NCBI GenBank assembly: GCA_937877455.1
Contig: CALFIU010000189.1
Span: 28,852 to 92,851, forward strand
Reading direction: 5' to 3'
Length of the DNA stretch: 64,000 nt
Source of the DNA: an uncultured Bacteroidales bacterium
GTDB taxonomy: Bacteria > Bacteroidota > Bacteroidia > Bacteroidales > UBA3824
A model generated the notes under the pieces. That model was not told the origin of the DNA, ran no database searches, and saw only the letters and a list, made by a program, of their open reading frames with translations. A program made the translations under genes and the position numbers. This document shows positions 53,992-63,570 of the stretch, in pieces (the first letter of the stretch is position 1; each line of letters begins with the position of its first letter).

Positions 53992-54089
53992 CTAAATTCC
54001 TCCATTATCTCATGTGCTGTTAAAACTAACATCACGGCATTAACGCATAAAACACATCCGCAGACTATTATTAAAATCAAAGCAATCAT
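53988..54089 (-). CDS. Small hydrophobic peptide (33 aa, below the ORF-track cutoff)
   Basis: Reads MIALILIIVCGCVLCVNAVMLVLTAHEIMEEFR. Its stop overlaps the next ATG. Confidence 0.3.
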   Translation of the reverse strand: MIALILIIVCGCVLCVNAVMLVLTAHEIMEEFR

Positions 54090-54094
54090 ACAAA

Positions 54095-54379
54095 TCACCT
54101 TTTTATAATATGTTTTCCATTACTATTTCTATATACTTTGTATCCCATTTGTTTGATATTATTTAATAAACTATAATATGCCTGAACATTTCCATGCACC
54201 CAATAATCATCAAGTTTTTTAACCTGTGTTTCTGGCATATTCATACTAAACACATTTCCGAATAATTCATCTAATGTATCATCTCCAAACATTCCCATGT
54301 CAGATACCTTCGTATGGCTCTGGCAAATATCGCCAAGCAACCACGCATAATCCTTTATTTTTGTTAATCGAAAACCCAA
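54095..54379 (-). CDS. Hypothetical protein (TTG start; possibly the 3' part of a frameshifted gene)
   Basis: Overlaps 54300-54626 by 80 nt in another frame. Confidence 0.35.
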   Translation of the reverse strand: MGFRLTKIKDYAWLLGDICQSHTKVSDMGMFGDDTLDELFGNVFSMNMPETQVKKLDDYWVHGNVQAYYSLLNNIKQMGYKVYRNSNGKHIIKR

Positions 54380-54626
54380 ATATATCTTTTGGATTATATG
54401 TGTCTTGCGTTACATATCTATGATTTGTTGTTTTATCGTTCACTGTTACTTCATAAACATTTTCATATCTCGGATCTCCATCTGTTTCAACGGATCTCCA
54501 TTCATTATCCTCGTATTTTCCAAGTTTATTTCGTAAAGCATATATTTCTTGCCATTCATTTTCCCAATCTACAGCAGAACCATAATCACCCATACTGCTT
54601 CTGTATGTATATCTTTTGTTAGCCAA
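54300..54626 (-). CDS. Hypothetical protein
   Basis: TTG start after a GAGGTGG RBS. Confidence 0.45.
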   Translation of the reverse strand: MANKRYTYRSSMGDYGSAVDWENEWQEIYALRNKLGKYEDNEWRSVETDGDPRYENVYEVTVNDKTTNHRYVTQDTYNPKDIFGFSINKNKGLCVVAWRYLPEPYEGI

Positions 54627-54640
54627 TATTCCACCTCAAT

Positions 54641-54778
54641 TTACCCTCTAAGGAATAACCATTTCAACCAATTTGGAAGATCGCTACCCACTATCAAATC
54701 AAAATACCATTTATTCAACGCAATAACTGCCACGAGTATGACAGCTACCGCAATAACAATTAAAATTTTCTTTCCCAT
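54641..54778 (-). CDS. Small membrane protein (45 aa, below the ORF-track cutoff)
   Basis: Reads MGKKILIVIAVAVILVAVIALNKWYFDLIVG... Confidence 0.35.
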   Translation of the reverse strand: MGKKILIVIAVAVILVAVIALNKWYFDLIVGSDLPNWLKWLFLRG

Positions 54779-54781
54779 CAA

Positions 54782-55114
54782 CTAATCCCACACATAAAGA
54801 AATTCATGTTCATTTGGTTTACTATACTTTACAAAATCTTTTTCATCTTCTTCCATCTTTGCGAACCGCTTCTTATCGCTATGTTTATAATTATTTTTTC
54901 CGTACCAGTTACTATTAGTTTTGTCATTGTCTGTTCTGGTTTCAAGATGTTTACATTTCTTAAATCGCCCAACTTCACCTACAAATTCTTCAGATGATAC
55001 TCTTGCCACCATTTCATACACTTTTGCATGTCTTTTTGCTTTATTAAACGTTTTCTTGCGTCTTTCGCCTCTATCACACATATTGACCCCCAATAAAGGT
55101 ACTAAAATAGTCAA
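54782..55114 (-). CDS. Hypothetical basic protein
   Basis: Co-oriented ORF. Confidence 0.4.
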   Translation of the reverse strand: MTILVPLLGVNMCDRGERRKKTFNKAKRHAKVYEMVARVSSEEFVGEVGRFKKCKHLETRTDNDKTNSNWYGKNNYKHSDKKRFAKMEEDEKDFVKYSKPNEHEFLYVWD

Positions 55115-55151
55115 AAACTTTCCAATAAAATCCGTCTTTTATTGGAGTTAT

Positions 55152-55886
55152 TTACTTGTCTGCGAGATAGCACATTATTCCACAATCGGGGAAGATTTCT
55201 GTATTCATATTGCCCCGATTAGGATCAAGTTCATCTAAATAACAATCTCTAAGAATAGAATATCCTACTTTTCTTTCAAGTATAGAACGAGCTTCAAACA
55301 CTTCAGGAAAATCTTTTCTAATCCTGTTCCAATATCCCATTCCACCTTTAACGCATCCGATACAATTATTATTCGGGTATCCCAAGTCATACATTAAAGG
55401 TCTTTTGAAGTCGAATGTTCGTTCAAATAGTCCATGCACTTCTTCTTTAGATAAATTCTTATCTATCAGTGGAAATTCATGTTTAGCTTGCGGATTTGCT
55501 TCAATAGTTCTTTCCGCTCTGTTCTTTTCCTTCAGGTCAAATCCCCATACATACGTAAGATCATAATCTTGATGCTCTGATTCCCACTTTTTACGCACCC
55601 TTTTCTTTAACCAATTTGTACATGGCGCGAAACTATTATAAGGATTTCTAAAACCGCCAAAACTTAATACACATTCTTCAACCGTTTTATATTGTTCAGA
55701 TCGCAGAATTTCTACATTCTTTCCTATTGCTTTTTCAATATCCTTAATAAACCTCATGCTATCTTTGTGTTGATCGTCTATGTCAATGTAAATCCATTCA
55801 TCAACATCTCCTGCAAGCCATCCAGCCATAAAGCTACTAACTCCTGCGCTTACCCAACACACTTTTAATTCTTTCATACCGACCAC
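55152..55886 (-). CDS. PAPS-reductase-like adenine nucleotide alpha-hydrolase superfamily protein
   Basis: N-terminal WVSAGVSS (PP-loop-like), APCTNWLKKR, and C-terminal NNCIGCVKGG. Confidence 0.45.
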   Translation of the reverse strand: MVGMKELKVCWVSAGVSSFMAGWLAGDVDEWIYIDIDDQHKDSMRFIKDIEKAIGKNVEILRSEQYKTVEECVLSFGGFRNPYNSFAPCTNWLKKRVRKKWESEHQDYDLTYVWGFDLKEKNRAERTIEANPQAKHEFPLIDKNLSKEEVHGLFERTFDFKRPLMYDLGYPNNNCIGCVKGGMGYWNRIRKDFPEVFEARSILERKVGYSILRDCYLDELDPNRGNMNTEIFPDCGIMCYLADK

Positions 55887-56087
55887 TTACACTATCCGTG
55901 TTCGCGGTCAATATTTATTGCCCTCCCATGCTACTCACATTATTCTGTTTTCACGCAGTTAATCAAATATTTTACTCATGTGTTAATCAGCCCCACATGA
56001 AACCCGATTTCATCGGGATAGGTATTACTCCTTTTCTTTATTTTTTAAAATTAAATTATTTTGCATTATTTATATACCAACACTTAT

Positions 56088-56396
56088 TTAGTAAAACATA
56101 GGATTGTCTTTACACAGCTTTCCGTTCTGCGCCCAAATCAAATATTTCATAGCATGATAACAATCTATAGCATGGCAAATAAGTAAATCCGTGTTTGTTT
56201 CAACCATGAACTTATCTTTATTATCTTGAAGATAAGCACTTAATTCTTTATCGTCCACTCTCCAACAAATACAAGCATACAAAGCATCAAATAGATTCCC
56301 ATCTTCTTCGCAATTCATTCTTCCAGAAAACTCATGCATCCATTTGTTTAATTTATTTTTTACATCATCATTAAAAAATGAAATCATTTTAATCAA
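56088..56396 (-). CDS. Hypothetical protein
   Basis: Co-oriented ORF. Confidence 0.45.
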   Translation of the reverse strand: MIKMISFFNDDVKNKLNKWMHEFSGRMNCEEDGNLFDALYACICWRVDDKELSAYLQDNKDKFMVETNTDLLICHAIDCYHAMKYLIWAQNGKLCKDNPMFY

Positions 56397-57069
56397 CCAC
56401 CCTATAATATAAAGTATTACCTCTTGTTTTCCACGCCATTGCTACTCTATAGTTTAACATTTTTTTATCGCTTCTATTGCTATAAAATATACCGCGTGGT
56501 TCATCTGGTTTATTTGTCTCTTCTGGTCTGTTTTTAATATAAAAATCAAATCGTAAACTATCATTTACAGTATAAAGTCTTTTTCTGCAAATCATTTTTC
56601 CATCAATGTCAAACGCAAGACTGTAATAATTTATTGACTTACCATCTTTATATTCATCAAGAATTTGGTTAAAACTTTTTGGATTGTCTTTATCAAAATT
56701 ATATAAATTCTTGCACTGTTCAAGATTAGTTTCTAAAGATATATAGCTCTCTCTATTTATATTGAGTTTCTTCCAATGCAAATCACCGTCTAAACTTGGA
56801 AGTATTACACAATCGGATTTTTTATACGCTTTATTATATTTTGGTTGGTATGTATTAATCATTACTTCTTCAAACTTATTCATGTCAGATTCTTTATTAA
56901 AATCAACATAATAAATATCGGATAATGACAATTCATACCATCCATCTTCACATATATTATCTCCACTTTTAAGATGTTGGTTAATTCTATCTTCAATATC
57001 TTGAATTGTTTTCCCGACATATAAAATAGAATTATCTATTCCAAGAACATATTTATATATCCTATACAT
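56389..57069 (-). CDS. GIY-YIG nuclease domain protein
   Basis: N-terminus IYKYV...ILYVGKT...R..QH. Confidence 0.6.
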   Translation of the reverse strand: MYRIYKYVLGIDNSILYVGKTIQDIEDRINQHLKSGDNICEDGWYELSLSDIYYVDFNKESDMNKFEEVMINTYQPKYNKAYKKSDCVILPSLDGDLHWKKLNINRESYISLETNLEQCKNLYNFDKDNPKSFNQILDEYKDGKSINYYSLAFDIDGKMICRKRLYTVNDSLRFDFYIKNRPEETNKPDEPRGIFYSNRSDKKMLNYRVAMAWKTRGNTLYYRVVD

Positions 57070-58124
57070 TATTCAAACGCCTTTCCACATAAAACAATCT
57101 CGTTTCTAATTGGACATCCACCCATACATTCTCTTCTTCTTTCGCAATTCGGACACGAATTTCTAAAATGATTTCTAAAATCCTCAAACACTTTACTGTC
57201 CCATGCGTTCTGAATAGTATCATTTGAAATGTCATACGCCCATTTCATATCCTGATTGTCAAAGCTGCACGGCAGAGCTTTCATGTCTGATGTAATATAC
57301 ATCGACCATCTGCCTCCTTCACACGTATCAAAACTGTCTGGATTGATTTTTTCCGTGAAATTAATCAACGCTGGCACTGTGCAGCTATCAAATCCGATCT
57401 TATGTTTTCCGTTAAAATTATCGACTGCCCTGAAAAAATCTATCACTCTCGGATCGTTGGCGTTAATAACGTTCTCTATTCTTCCAAGTCCTACAGGCTT
57501 ATATAAAAGAAATACAATTGCATTTATTCCGTCCTTAAATCCGTCAAGCATAAGTTTAACTGTCGCATCCTGTATTGTTCTGCTACTTAATACATAATGG
57601 ATATTGGTTTTAACTCCTGCTTCAAGAAGCATATCAATTGCCCTATTTGTATAAGGCGCAAAATGTTCTGATACTGCTACAGCACCGCAATATTCTTTAC
57701 ATATTTCAGCCTTTTCTTTTGTCATGGCAATTCCAGAAGTCGTAAAGTTAGGAACAATATCATATTCTCTGCATAGACTTAAAATCTCTTCAAAGTTCTC
57801 GTGCGTGTCAACATCTCCAGCACCACCAAGAGCAAACTGAAAACACTTCCCTTTACACTCTTCAAGTATTCTTTTAAAGTTTTCCACGCTCATGTTTTCG
57901 CCAGTGCGGTCAATCGCCTTTTGATAACAATCGACATTGCACTGTTTGGCGCACACACATGTCTGCATAATTCCTACATCTATCAGTTCGGGGAATGAAC
58001 TCATGAACGGATCAACACCTGTATCTTTCCCGTGTTCGTCAAGAATACCTGTGCGCATGTAGTATCCTGTGTCTGGATTGAACATAGAAATGTATCTGTT
58101 CTTCTTGTCGTATTTGCGAATCAT
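57069..58124 (-). CDS. Radical SAM / SPASM-domain protein
   Basis: N-terminal Cys cluster CVCAKQCNVDCY, GGAGD, and C-terminal CPNCERRRECMGGCPIRN. Confidence 0.6.
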   Translation of the reverse strand: MIRKYDKKNRYISMFNPDTGYYMRTGILDEHGKDTGVDPFMSSFPELIDVGIMQTCVCAKQCNVDCYQKAIDRTGENMSVENFKRILEECKGKCFQFALGGAGDVDTHENFEEILSLCREYDIVPNFTTSGIAMTKEKAEICKEYCGAVAVSEHFAPYTNRAIDMLLEAGVKTNIHYVLSSRTIQDATVKLMLDGFKDGINAIVFLLYKPVGLGRIENVINANDPRVIDFFRAVDNFNGKHKIGFDSCTVPALINFTEKINPDSFDTCEGGRWSMYITSDMKALPCSFDNQDMKWAYDISNDTIQNAWDSKVFEDFRNHFRNSCPNCERRRECMGGCPIRNEIVLCGKAFE

Positions 58125-58139
58125 ATTTCCCTTTCTGGC

Positions 58140-58892
58140 TTAAAGTCCAGTCTGCGCCGTGATAAACTGGATCTCTTCGCCTGTATCAGTATTAACGCCT
58201 TCGCCTTCAACGCGAACTTCATAATTCCACGTATCGAATTTTATCTTATCACGTTCTTCGTCAAGACATACAATCTTAAACCTGACTTTGCCTTTAAAGT
58301 TTTTGATTATTGTTCTGCACCATTCACCGTATTCGTCTATGAAATCTGGTTTGCGTTTAAGAATATTTTCCAGCGTGTCAATACATACCATTCCTGCATC
58401 CGCGCAAAAGTTTCCGATTGGTTCTTTTGTTTTCTTATCATATGTCGTGCAACTCCAGTCTCCATAAATCGTATTTCTGCATAACGGCAACAAATCGGGC
58501 TTGAATCCTTCACACCATTTATCTGTTGTATAACACGGATCAGTGATTACAATATCGCCTTCAATGTCAACCCATTCACTGTCAAGTAATCCTTTGATGG
58601 CTGTTAGCATGGATTTACAATTTCGCAAAGTTTCAAAACCCAATTCAGAGTTAACATACTTTTCGTTGTCGAAAATATTCTCGTCCTGATTTACGCACTT
58701 TATTCCATAGATGAGCCATTGAAAATCGTTTGCAGTAGCGTCCTGACAAGTCCTGACTTTTTCAATCAGATATTTCTTATCAACGCTCTGAAAGTTATTA
58801 TCTTGTTCGATTAACTTACAAGTTAACTGAATGGCAACTCCTATATCATGGAGTGCTTCTTCTTTCTTTCGTTCATACCATTTGTTGTCCAT
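58140..58892 (-). CDS. Hypothetical protein
   Basis: Co-oriented ORF. Confidence 0.45.
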   Translation of the reverse strand: MDNKWYERKKEEALHDIGVAIQLTCKLIEQDNNFQSVDKKYLIEKVRTCQDATANDFQWLIYGIKCVNQDENIFDNEKYVNSELGFETLRNCKSMLTAIKGLLDSEWVDIEGDIVITDPCYTTDKWCEGFKPDLLPLCRNTIYGDWSCTTYDKKTKEPIGNFCADAGMVCIDTLENILKRKPDFIDEYGEWCRTIIKNFKGKVRFKIVCLDEERDKIKFDTWNYEVRVEGEGVNTDTGEEIQFITAQTGL

Positions 58893-58958
58893 CCTTAATA
58901 CCTTTTGTCTTGAATGATAGGGGCGGTCTTACGCCGCCCGATATATAGTGAGTTTTAT

Positions 58959-59684
58959 TTAGAATGTTTCACCGTTATAGATACGGATTGAGAAGCCCGG
59001 CACAACCCCAATGACGTAGCTCGCGTAGCTGTTGTTGCCCACGTTGCCGCTGTTGCCGACATAAATGAAGTACGTAGTGTTGCTCAGACTCGGAGAGCAA
59101 ATCCAATACCAGTCTGTTTCTCCTTTATAATTTTTGCATCTTTCTGCTTCTGTCTGCAAACCATCGAACAGAATATCATCTTTTCCTGAATAATAATCTG
59201 TCTTTATTAGATTAGCCAAAGAGAGGATATTTACTTTTCTGCACGACTTAAACACTTCGCCATCTACCATCGCAATATGCTCGATGAACTTCATCCTGTC
59301 AACAAGCTCAATCGGCATCTTATCAGTCAGATCATCAAGGTATTCGTCCATTTCCTTCATACTTGATTTTCCAATTATATCTTTTGCGACAAAATAAACA
59401 TCATCATATTCATTTGTATGATTGATGTGTTCAACCACAAAGGTAATAACTTTATCTCCAACAGGAATATCAAGTGTTTCCTTCAACCTGTAAGTGTCCT
59501 TGATAACATCGCCGATTTTGCGATCCTCGTATGATATGTATCCATGCTTGTATGTAAAATCTTCAGCGCCGATTTCTTCAAGTTCCAAATCATTATCATT
59601 GACAGCCTCAAGCACAATACCATTTTCAAGTTTCACATATTTCTTTCCTGTGCGCTTGTCGCAAAATCTCTTTACGCCTTCCAT
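58959..59684 (-). CDS. Hypothetical protein
   Basis: Co-oriented ORF with an AGGAGG RBS downstream of the bracketed promoter. Confidence 0.5.
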   Translation of the reverse strand: MEGVKRFCDKRTGKKYVKLENGIVLEAVNDNDLELEEIGAEDFTYKHGYISYEDRKIGDVIKDTYRLKETLDIPVGDKVITFVVEHINHTNEYDDVYFVAKDIIGKSSMKEMDEYLDDLTDKMPIELVDRMKFIEHIAMVDGEVFKSCRKVNILSLANLIKTDYYSGKDDILFDGLQTEAERCKNYKGETDWYWICSPSLSNTTYFIYVGNSGNVGNNSYASYVIGVVPGFSIRIYNGETF

Positions 59685-59705
59685 AAATATTCCTCCTATA
59701 TTGAA

Positions 59706-59773
59706 TTATCTTGCATTTCTTATATTATAACATTGTCACTTTGGTATGTCAATATTTATCTTGTATTATCTAT
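59706..59773 (-). promoter_or_regulatory. Motif-bracketed promoter: GATAATACAAGATAA-N3-TTGACA-N17-TATAAT-N9-GCAAGATAA
   Basis: The minus strand reads ATAGATAATACAAGATAAATATTGACATACCAAAGTGACAATGTTATAATATAAGAAATGCAAGATAA. Confidence 0.7.
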
Positions 59774-60027
59774 TCAATGTTATCAATTACCTTTTCCAAT
59801 GCTTCTAATGCCACTTCTGTATTTATACAGTAACCAAAATCATCATTGTAAAAAACATATGGTGCATCAATATCTAATACTTTTTCAAATTCATGTTTAA
59901 TTGCTTTCGTTAAATTCTTATCCTTTAATTTCATAAGCGATGAGCATCTCCTGTAAAAATCCAGTTTAGAAAATGCATGATTATCTGCTGTTTTTCGTTT
60001 TTTAAAATTTTTCTTTTCTGCCACCAA
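59770..60027 (-). CDS. Hypothetical protein
   Basis: Co-oriented ORF. Confidence 0.4.
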   Translation of the reverse strand: MVAEKKNFKKRKTADNHAFSKLDFYRRCSSLMKLKDKNLTKAIKHEFEKVLDIDAPYVFYNDDFGYCINTEVALEALEKVIDNIE

Positions 60028-60031
60028 TACC

Positions 60032-60253
60032 TCAATTTACACTGTTCAAATAGAACACATCATCTTCTATTTTATTATTGATCGTGACAGACACAGGATT
60101 GAAATAATGCTTTCCGAAGCGTTTCACTGTTTTCGAATTACAAATTAAACATCTTACATGTTCGTATCCTTCGCAGATCTCGCGCATATCATCATTGCAG
60201 CTCATGTCTGTCAGTATGTATCTATTCTTCTTAGTTTCATCTTTAATTATCAT
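60032..60253 (-). CDS. Small Cys-containing protein
   Basis: Co-oriented ORF. Confidence 0.4.
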   Translation of the reverse strand: MIIKDETKKNRYILTDMSCNDDMREICEGYEHVRCLICNSKTVKRFGKHYFNPVSVTINNKIEDDVFYLNSVN

Positions 60254-60353
60254 TTGTTCATCCTCGGAATTATGAACTCTCTATCCATCCATTTAACCAG
60301 AAGGACATCGCGACAAACATAAACCCTTGGTTTTATATACCATACAAACTTTT

Positions 60354-60833
60354 CTATTGCTCTCTTGACTTTTGATAACATTCTCTTACCTTCCTTACTG
60401 GCGTATCCACTGGTGGAGTATCAAGAACTTCAATCTTTTCAACAGTGATTCTTTTATCTCCATGTTTTGTTGCTACCTGAACTCGATTGCCGACAGCCAA
60501 TCTTTCAGGATGTTTTGTTTTCCTTGTCATGCGCCAGACATACGTTTTTCCGTCTGGTTTATGCTTTCCGAAAACATACTTTGTCGGCATGTTTTTATAG
60601 TGAACTTTGTTTAATATAGTGACTTCGGCGCGTTCGACACCGCGATGAACCAAAACAAGATAGCGAATATACCCATCAATAAGCTCACCAGCTGTATTAA
60701 CTACAATCTCTTTCGCAATATCTTCGCCGTTATCATAGTCGATATTAACATTCGCAATTTTATAATCGTTTGGAATTGACTGTCTGAACTTATCGGGAAT
60801 GATAATATCCTTCAGATTTAACTCTATTGTCAT
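60354..60833 (-). CDS. Hypothetical protein (possible ParB/Srx-like N-terminal domain)
   Basis: The weak pattern LKDIIIPDKF...ELIDGYIRYLV...G. Confidence 0.35.
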   Translation of the reverse strand: MTIELNLKDIIIPDKFRQSIPNDYKIANVNIDYDNGEDIAKEIVVNTAGELIDGYIRYLVLVHRGVERAEVTILNKVHYKNMPTKYVFGKHKPDGKTYVWRMTRKTKHPERLAVGNRVQVATKHGDKRITVEKIEVLDTPPVDTPVRKVRECYQKSREQ

Positions 60834-60915
60834 TTATTTCATCCTTTCTTAGTTTTCCAATATGTAGATTTTCTGTTTTTCTGATTCAAAAATTTCCAAT
60901 TCTTAAAAACTATGT

Positions 60916-61542
60916 TTAATTGAAAAGACTTGTCAGAACCCTCGGAACATATGTTTTGTTATCAAGATCGGAAATCACTGTCAATAGATCACCGAACATG
61001 GACGCATCCATCTTGCACTCGCCAAGCTGCCGAAGAACAGATAATTCATTCTTGATTTGTCTCCTATTCTTCAGGCGTGTTTTTAGCATATCATATGTAG
61101 ATGCAATATCATCACCATCAATGTCGCTAAACTCTATGTAATGCTGAATGTCGGTTATTTCCTTGTCAGTATTGCTAAGAAGATCGGATAACTCACTTCG
61201 CCTGTTTTCGGCATCGTCAATAAATTTCTTTACTCCTTCTATCTTTTTCCGAAGATCATCAATCTGCGGAGATACCGTCAGCCGTTCAGGATTTACTTCT
61301 GCTTTTGGATTTTCCAGATGATCCTGTTCTGGCTTTTTAACCACTGTGAAACCAACATCTTCCTCTACAACACGATATAACTTTCGTTTCTTTGGTGTTA
61401 AATTATTCTTCAGCACCTTCTCAGCTTTCCATTTTTCCAGAAACTCATCAGCCAAGGCTCGGCTTCTGGCAGCTACATACTTTCCGTCTATATCTCTCCT
61501 GATATAATTTTTGTTTCCATCAGTGATAACATAGAGAGCCAT
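60916..61542 (-). CDS. Hypothetical protein
   Basis: Co-oriented ORF with an AAGGAGG RBS. Confidence 0.5.
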   Translation of the reverse strand: MALYVITDGNKNYIRRDIDGKYVAARSRALADEFLEKWKAEKVLKNNLTPKKRKLYRVVEEDVGFTVVKKPEQDHLENPKAEVNPERLTVSPQIDDLRKKIEGVKKFIDDAENRRSELSDLLSNTDKEITDIQHYIEFSDIDGDDIASTYDMLKTRLKNRRQIKNELSVLRQLGECKMDASMFGDLLTVISDLDNKTYVPRVLTSLFN

Positions 61543-61637
61543 GTTGATACCTCCTTATTTTCTTGTATTATTTATTATTTATAATGGAAGTTGCGCCGTG
61601 AAACGCAACCCCATCTTGAATATGTAAATAATGTTAT

Positions 61638-61937
61638 TTATGAAATGATAGCCATGCACCCGAATCCACTGTCATATGTAGGCGTTTTTCCTTTAATTAA
61701 GTGGACGATCTTTTCTTCCGCGATCCTCTTGCATTCTGGATGCACCATCTTCTCTTCTTTCACATATTCATCTCGCTCATTTGAAGTGTCAAACACAAGA
61801 ACGGTATTTGTTCCATGATACAGCGCATAAAATTTTCTTCCCATTTGTGATACTCCTTTTAAAATTTGATGTATGCGCGAAATTCCATCCGAACGAACAT
61901 GTTTATAGTAAATAAATTTTCCGCATTTAACAATCAT
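61638..61937 (-). CDS. Hypothetical protein
   Basis: Co-oriented ORF. Confidence 0.45.
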   Translation of the reverse strand: MIVKCGKFIYYKHVRSDGISRIHQILKGVSQMGRKFYALYHGTNTVLVFDTSNERDEYVKEEKMVHPECKRIAEEKIVHLIKGKTPTYDSGFGCMAIIS

Positions 61938-61974
61938 ATTTTGTTTTATCTTGTATTAGTTATATGTAATTATC

Positions 61975-61990
61975 AAAACCGCCGAAGCGG
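61975..61990 (-). terminator. Rho-independent terminator (CCGC-TTCG-GCGG plus UUUU)
   Basis: The minus strand reads ACCGCTTCGGCGGTTTTGA, directly followed by a copy of the conserved motif. Confidence 0.65.
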
Positions 61991-62005
61991 TAATGATAAT
62001 TTAAA

Positions 62006-63001
62006 TTAAGATGCGGACACAAAAGGCATAAGAACCTTTTTCAATGTGGTTACATTCTGCTCGACAACGCCATATTGTTCCGCGAGAGCCATAATCTTTT
62101 TCGTATCTTCTGAATTCCTAACAGACATAATAAGCCTATCTGTTTCTTCCTGACCGACTTCTCTGACTACAAAATCATAAAACCCACGGAGATAAAGTGT
62201 CCTCGCGTTGATGTTAATATCAAGCTTATTCTTTATGTCACGATTAAAAATTCTACTGATATGTCCAGCCCAATACTCTGGTGGTCTTTCGTTAAATTCC
62301 TTTTCAAACTTCGCCCTTGTTGGAAATTTGAAATACGATCCACGATAGCTCATCATTAGATAACTGCCACGATGCGCAGGATATTCTTCCATGTGGTTTA
62401 TCTTGACCATCAATTCATATAATCTGTCTGATAATCGTATCTCGCGCCCTCTGACAATAGTAGTTTTCTTTTTGTGATTAACATCTCCTTCTTTAAGATT
62501 AACTATGTCTATAGCTTCAGGAAATCCCTCATAGAACATGCGGATAATCGCTTCTTGATAATCCGCGTACTCGTCTATCTGGCTATTCCTAATTCTTTCT
62601 ATGGCTTCTTCCATAGCATTTTTGTCAAATATCTGATCGCCATCAACAAATAAAGACATAACATTTCTGCCTTTAATTCTTTTATCATTACAAGGATTTT
62701 TAATCACCTCATAATTATCAATGTACCAGTTGAAAAAGTCACGAAGGATAGATAATAAAGTATCATATGTGCGATAGGAGATTTTGTATACTTTATTTGA
62801 ATAAGTTTTATTGCTGAATGTCTTTATCATTTCAGTGATCTCTTGTGATTCCATATCAACAAGAGGTTTTCCTATCTTTTGCTCGTAAGCGTATAATTCA
62901 GGTCTATCTATTTGACCGCGAATTTTTCGTGCCGTTGTTTCGGGTCTTGTCTTAAAATATTCATCCAATAATCGATCTGTATCGAATGTTCCCCTTGCCA
63001 T
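62006..63001 (-). CDS. Hypothetical protein (start reassigned to MARGTFD)
   Basis: An AAGGAGG RBS lies 9 nt upstream of the internal ATG. Confidence 0.5.
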   Translation of the reverse strand: MARGTFDTDRLLDEYFKTRPETTARKIRGQIDRPELYAYEQKIGKPLVDMESQEITEMIKTFSNKTYSNKVYKISYRTYDTLLSILRDFFNWYIDNYEVIKNPCNDKRIKGRNVMSLFVDGDQIFDKNAMEEAIERIRNSQIDEYADYQEAIIRMFYEGFPEAIDIVNLKEGDVNHKKKTTIVRGREIRLSDRLYELMVKINHMEEYPAHRGSYLMMSYRGSYFKFPTRAKFEKEFNERPPEYWAGHISRIFNRDIKNKLDININARTLYLRGFYDFVVREVGQEETDRLIMSVRNSEDTKKIMALAEQYGVVEQNVTTLKKVLMPFVSAS

Positions 63002-63022
63002 ACATAACACCTCCTTTATATA

Positions 63023-63078
63023 TATGTACCATAAATTCATGAAGATGTCAATGTATATAATTATCTTGTGTTATTTCA
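63023..63078 (-). promoter_or_regulatory. Promoter TTGACA-N17-TACATA (TG-extended) with an upstream AATAACACAAGATAA motif
   Basis: The minus strand reads GAAATAACACAAGATAATTATATACATTGACATCTTCATGAATTTATGGTACATA. Confidence 0.6.
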
Positions 63079-63546
63079 AGTGTCAAGAACAGGAAACTGC
63101 GACTGCATAGCACGACAAATTCTCATCAACATGTCAACGTCCTTAATCTCGCCCATATAATACCTTAAATTTTCCTTCTGCATTGTGGTCAATTGCTCAA
63201 TGAGTAACGTACTCGGAGCAGTTAACCCATACTTTTTATGATCCCAAATTTCCACATGGCAAGGCAGATTTCTTTTGTTCATCTTTGTTGTCATGGGAAT
63301 GACATTAAGTGTTGTGCTATACTGATTGTTCTTGTCATTAGAAATGACAAACACAGGTCTATGACCACTCTGTATACTGCCGTTTCCTTCAAGATTTGCC
63401 ATCCAGATATCACCACATTTAACAGTGCGACTTTCAGCGCCAATGAACTCGACATTGTTCTGTTCATATTTAATGAAGAATGTCATAGGCTGCGCAGATT
63501 TTCCATATTGTTTTGTCATTGTCCTTCTGCTTGTTGCCGTGTTCAT
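63076..63546 (-). CDS. MazF/PemK-family endoribonuclease toxin-like protein with N-terminal extension
   Basis: Contains GDIWMANLEGNGSIQSGHRPVFVISND...LNVIPMTTK. Confidence 0.7.
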   Translation of the reverse strand: MNTATSRRTMTKQYGKSAQPMTFFIKYEQNNVEFIGAESRTVKCGDIWMANLEGNGSIQSGHRPVFVISNDKNNQYSTTLNVIPMTTKMNKRNLPCHVEIWDHKKYGLTAPSTLLIEQLTTMQKENLRYYMGEIKDVDMLMRICRAMQSQFPVLDT

Positions 63547-63570
63547 TGAGCGCCTCCAGTCTACGTGCTA

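Noticed and set aside
58920-58942. GC-rich hairpin GGGCGG-CGTAAGA-CCGCCC as a rho-independent terminator
   Set aside because: No U-run follows on the transcribed (minus) strand. It may be an RNA stabiliser or processing site, so it is not annotated as a terminator.
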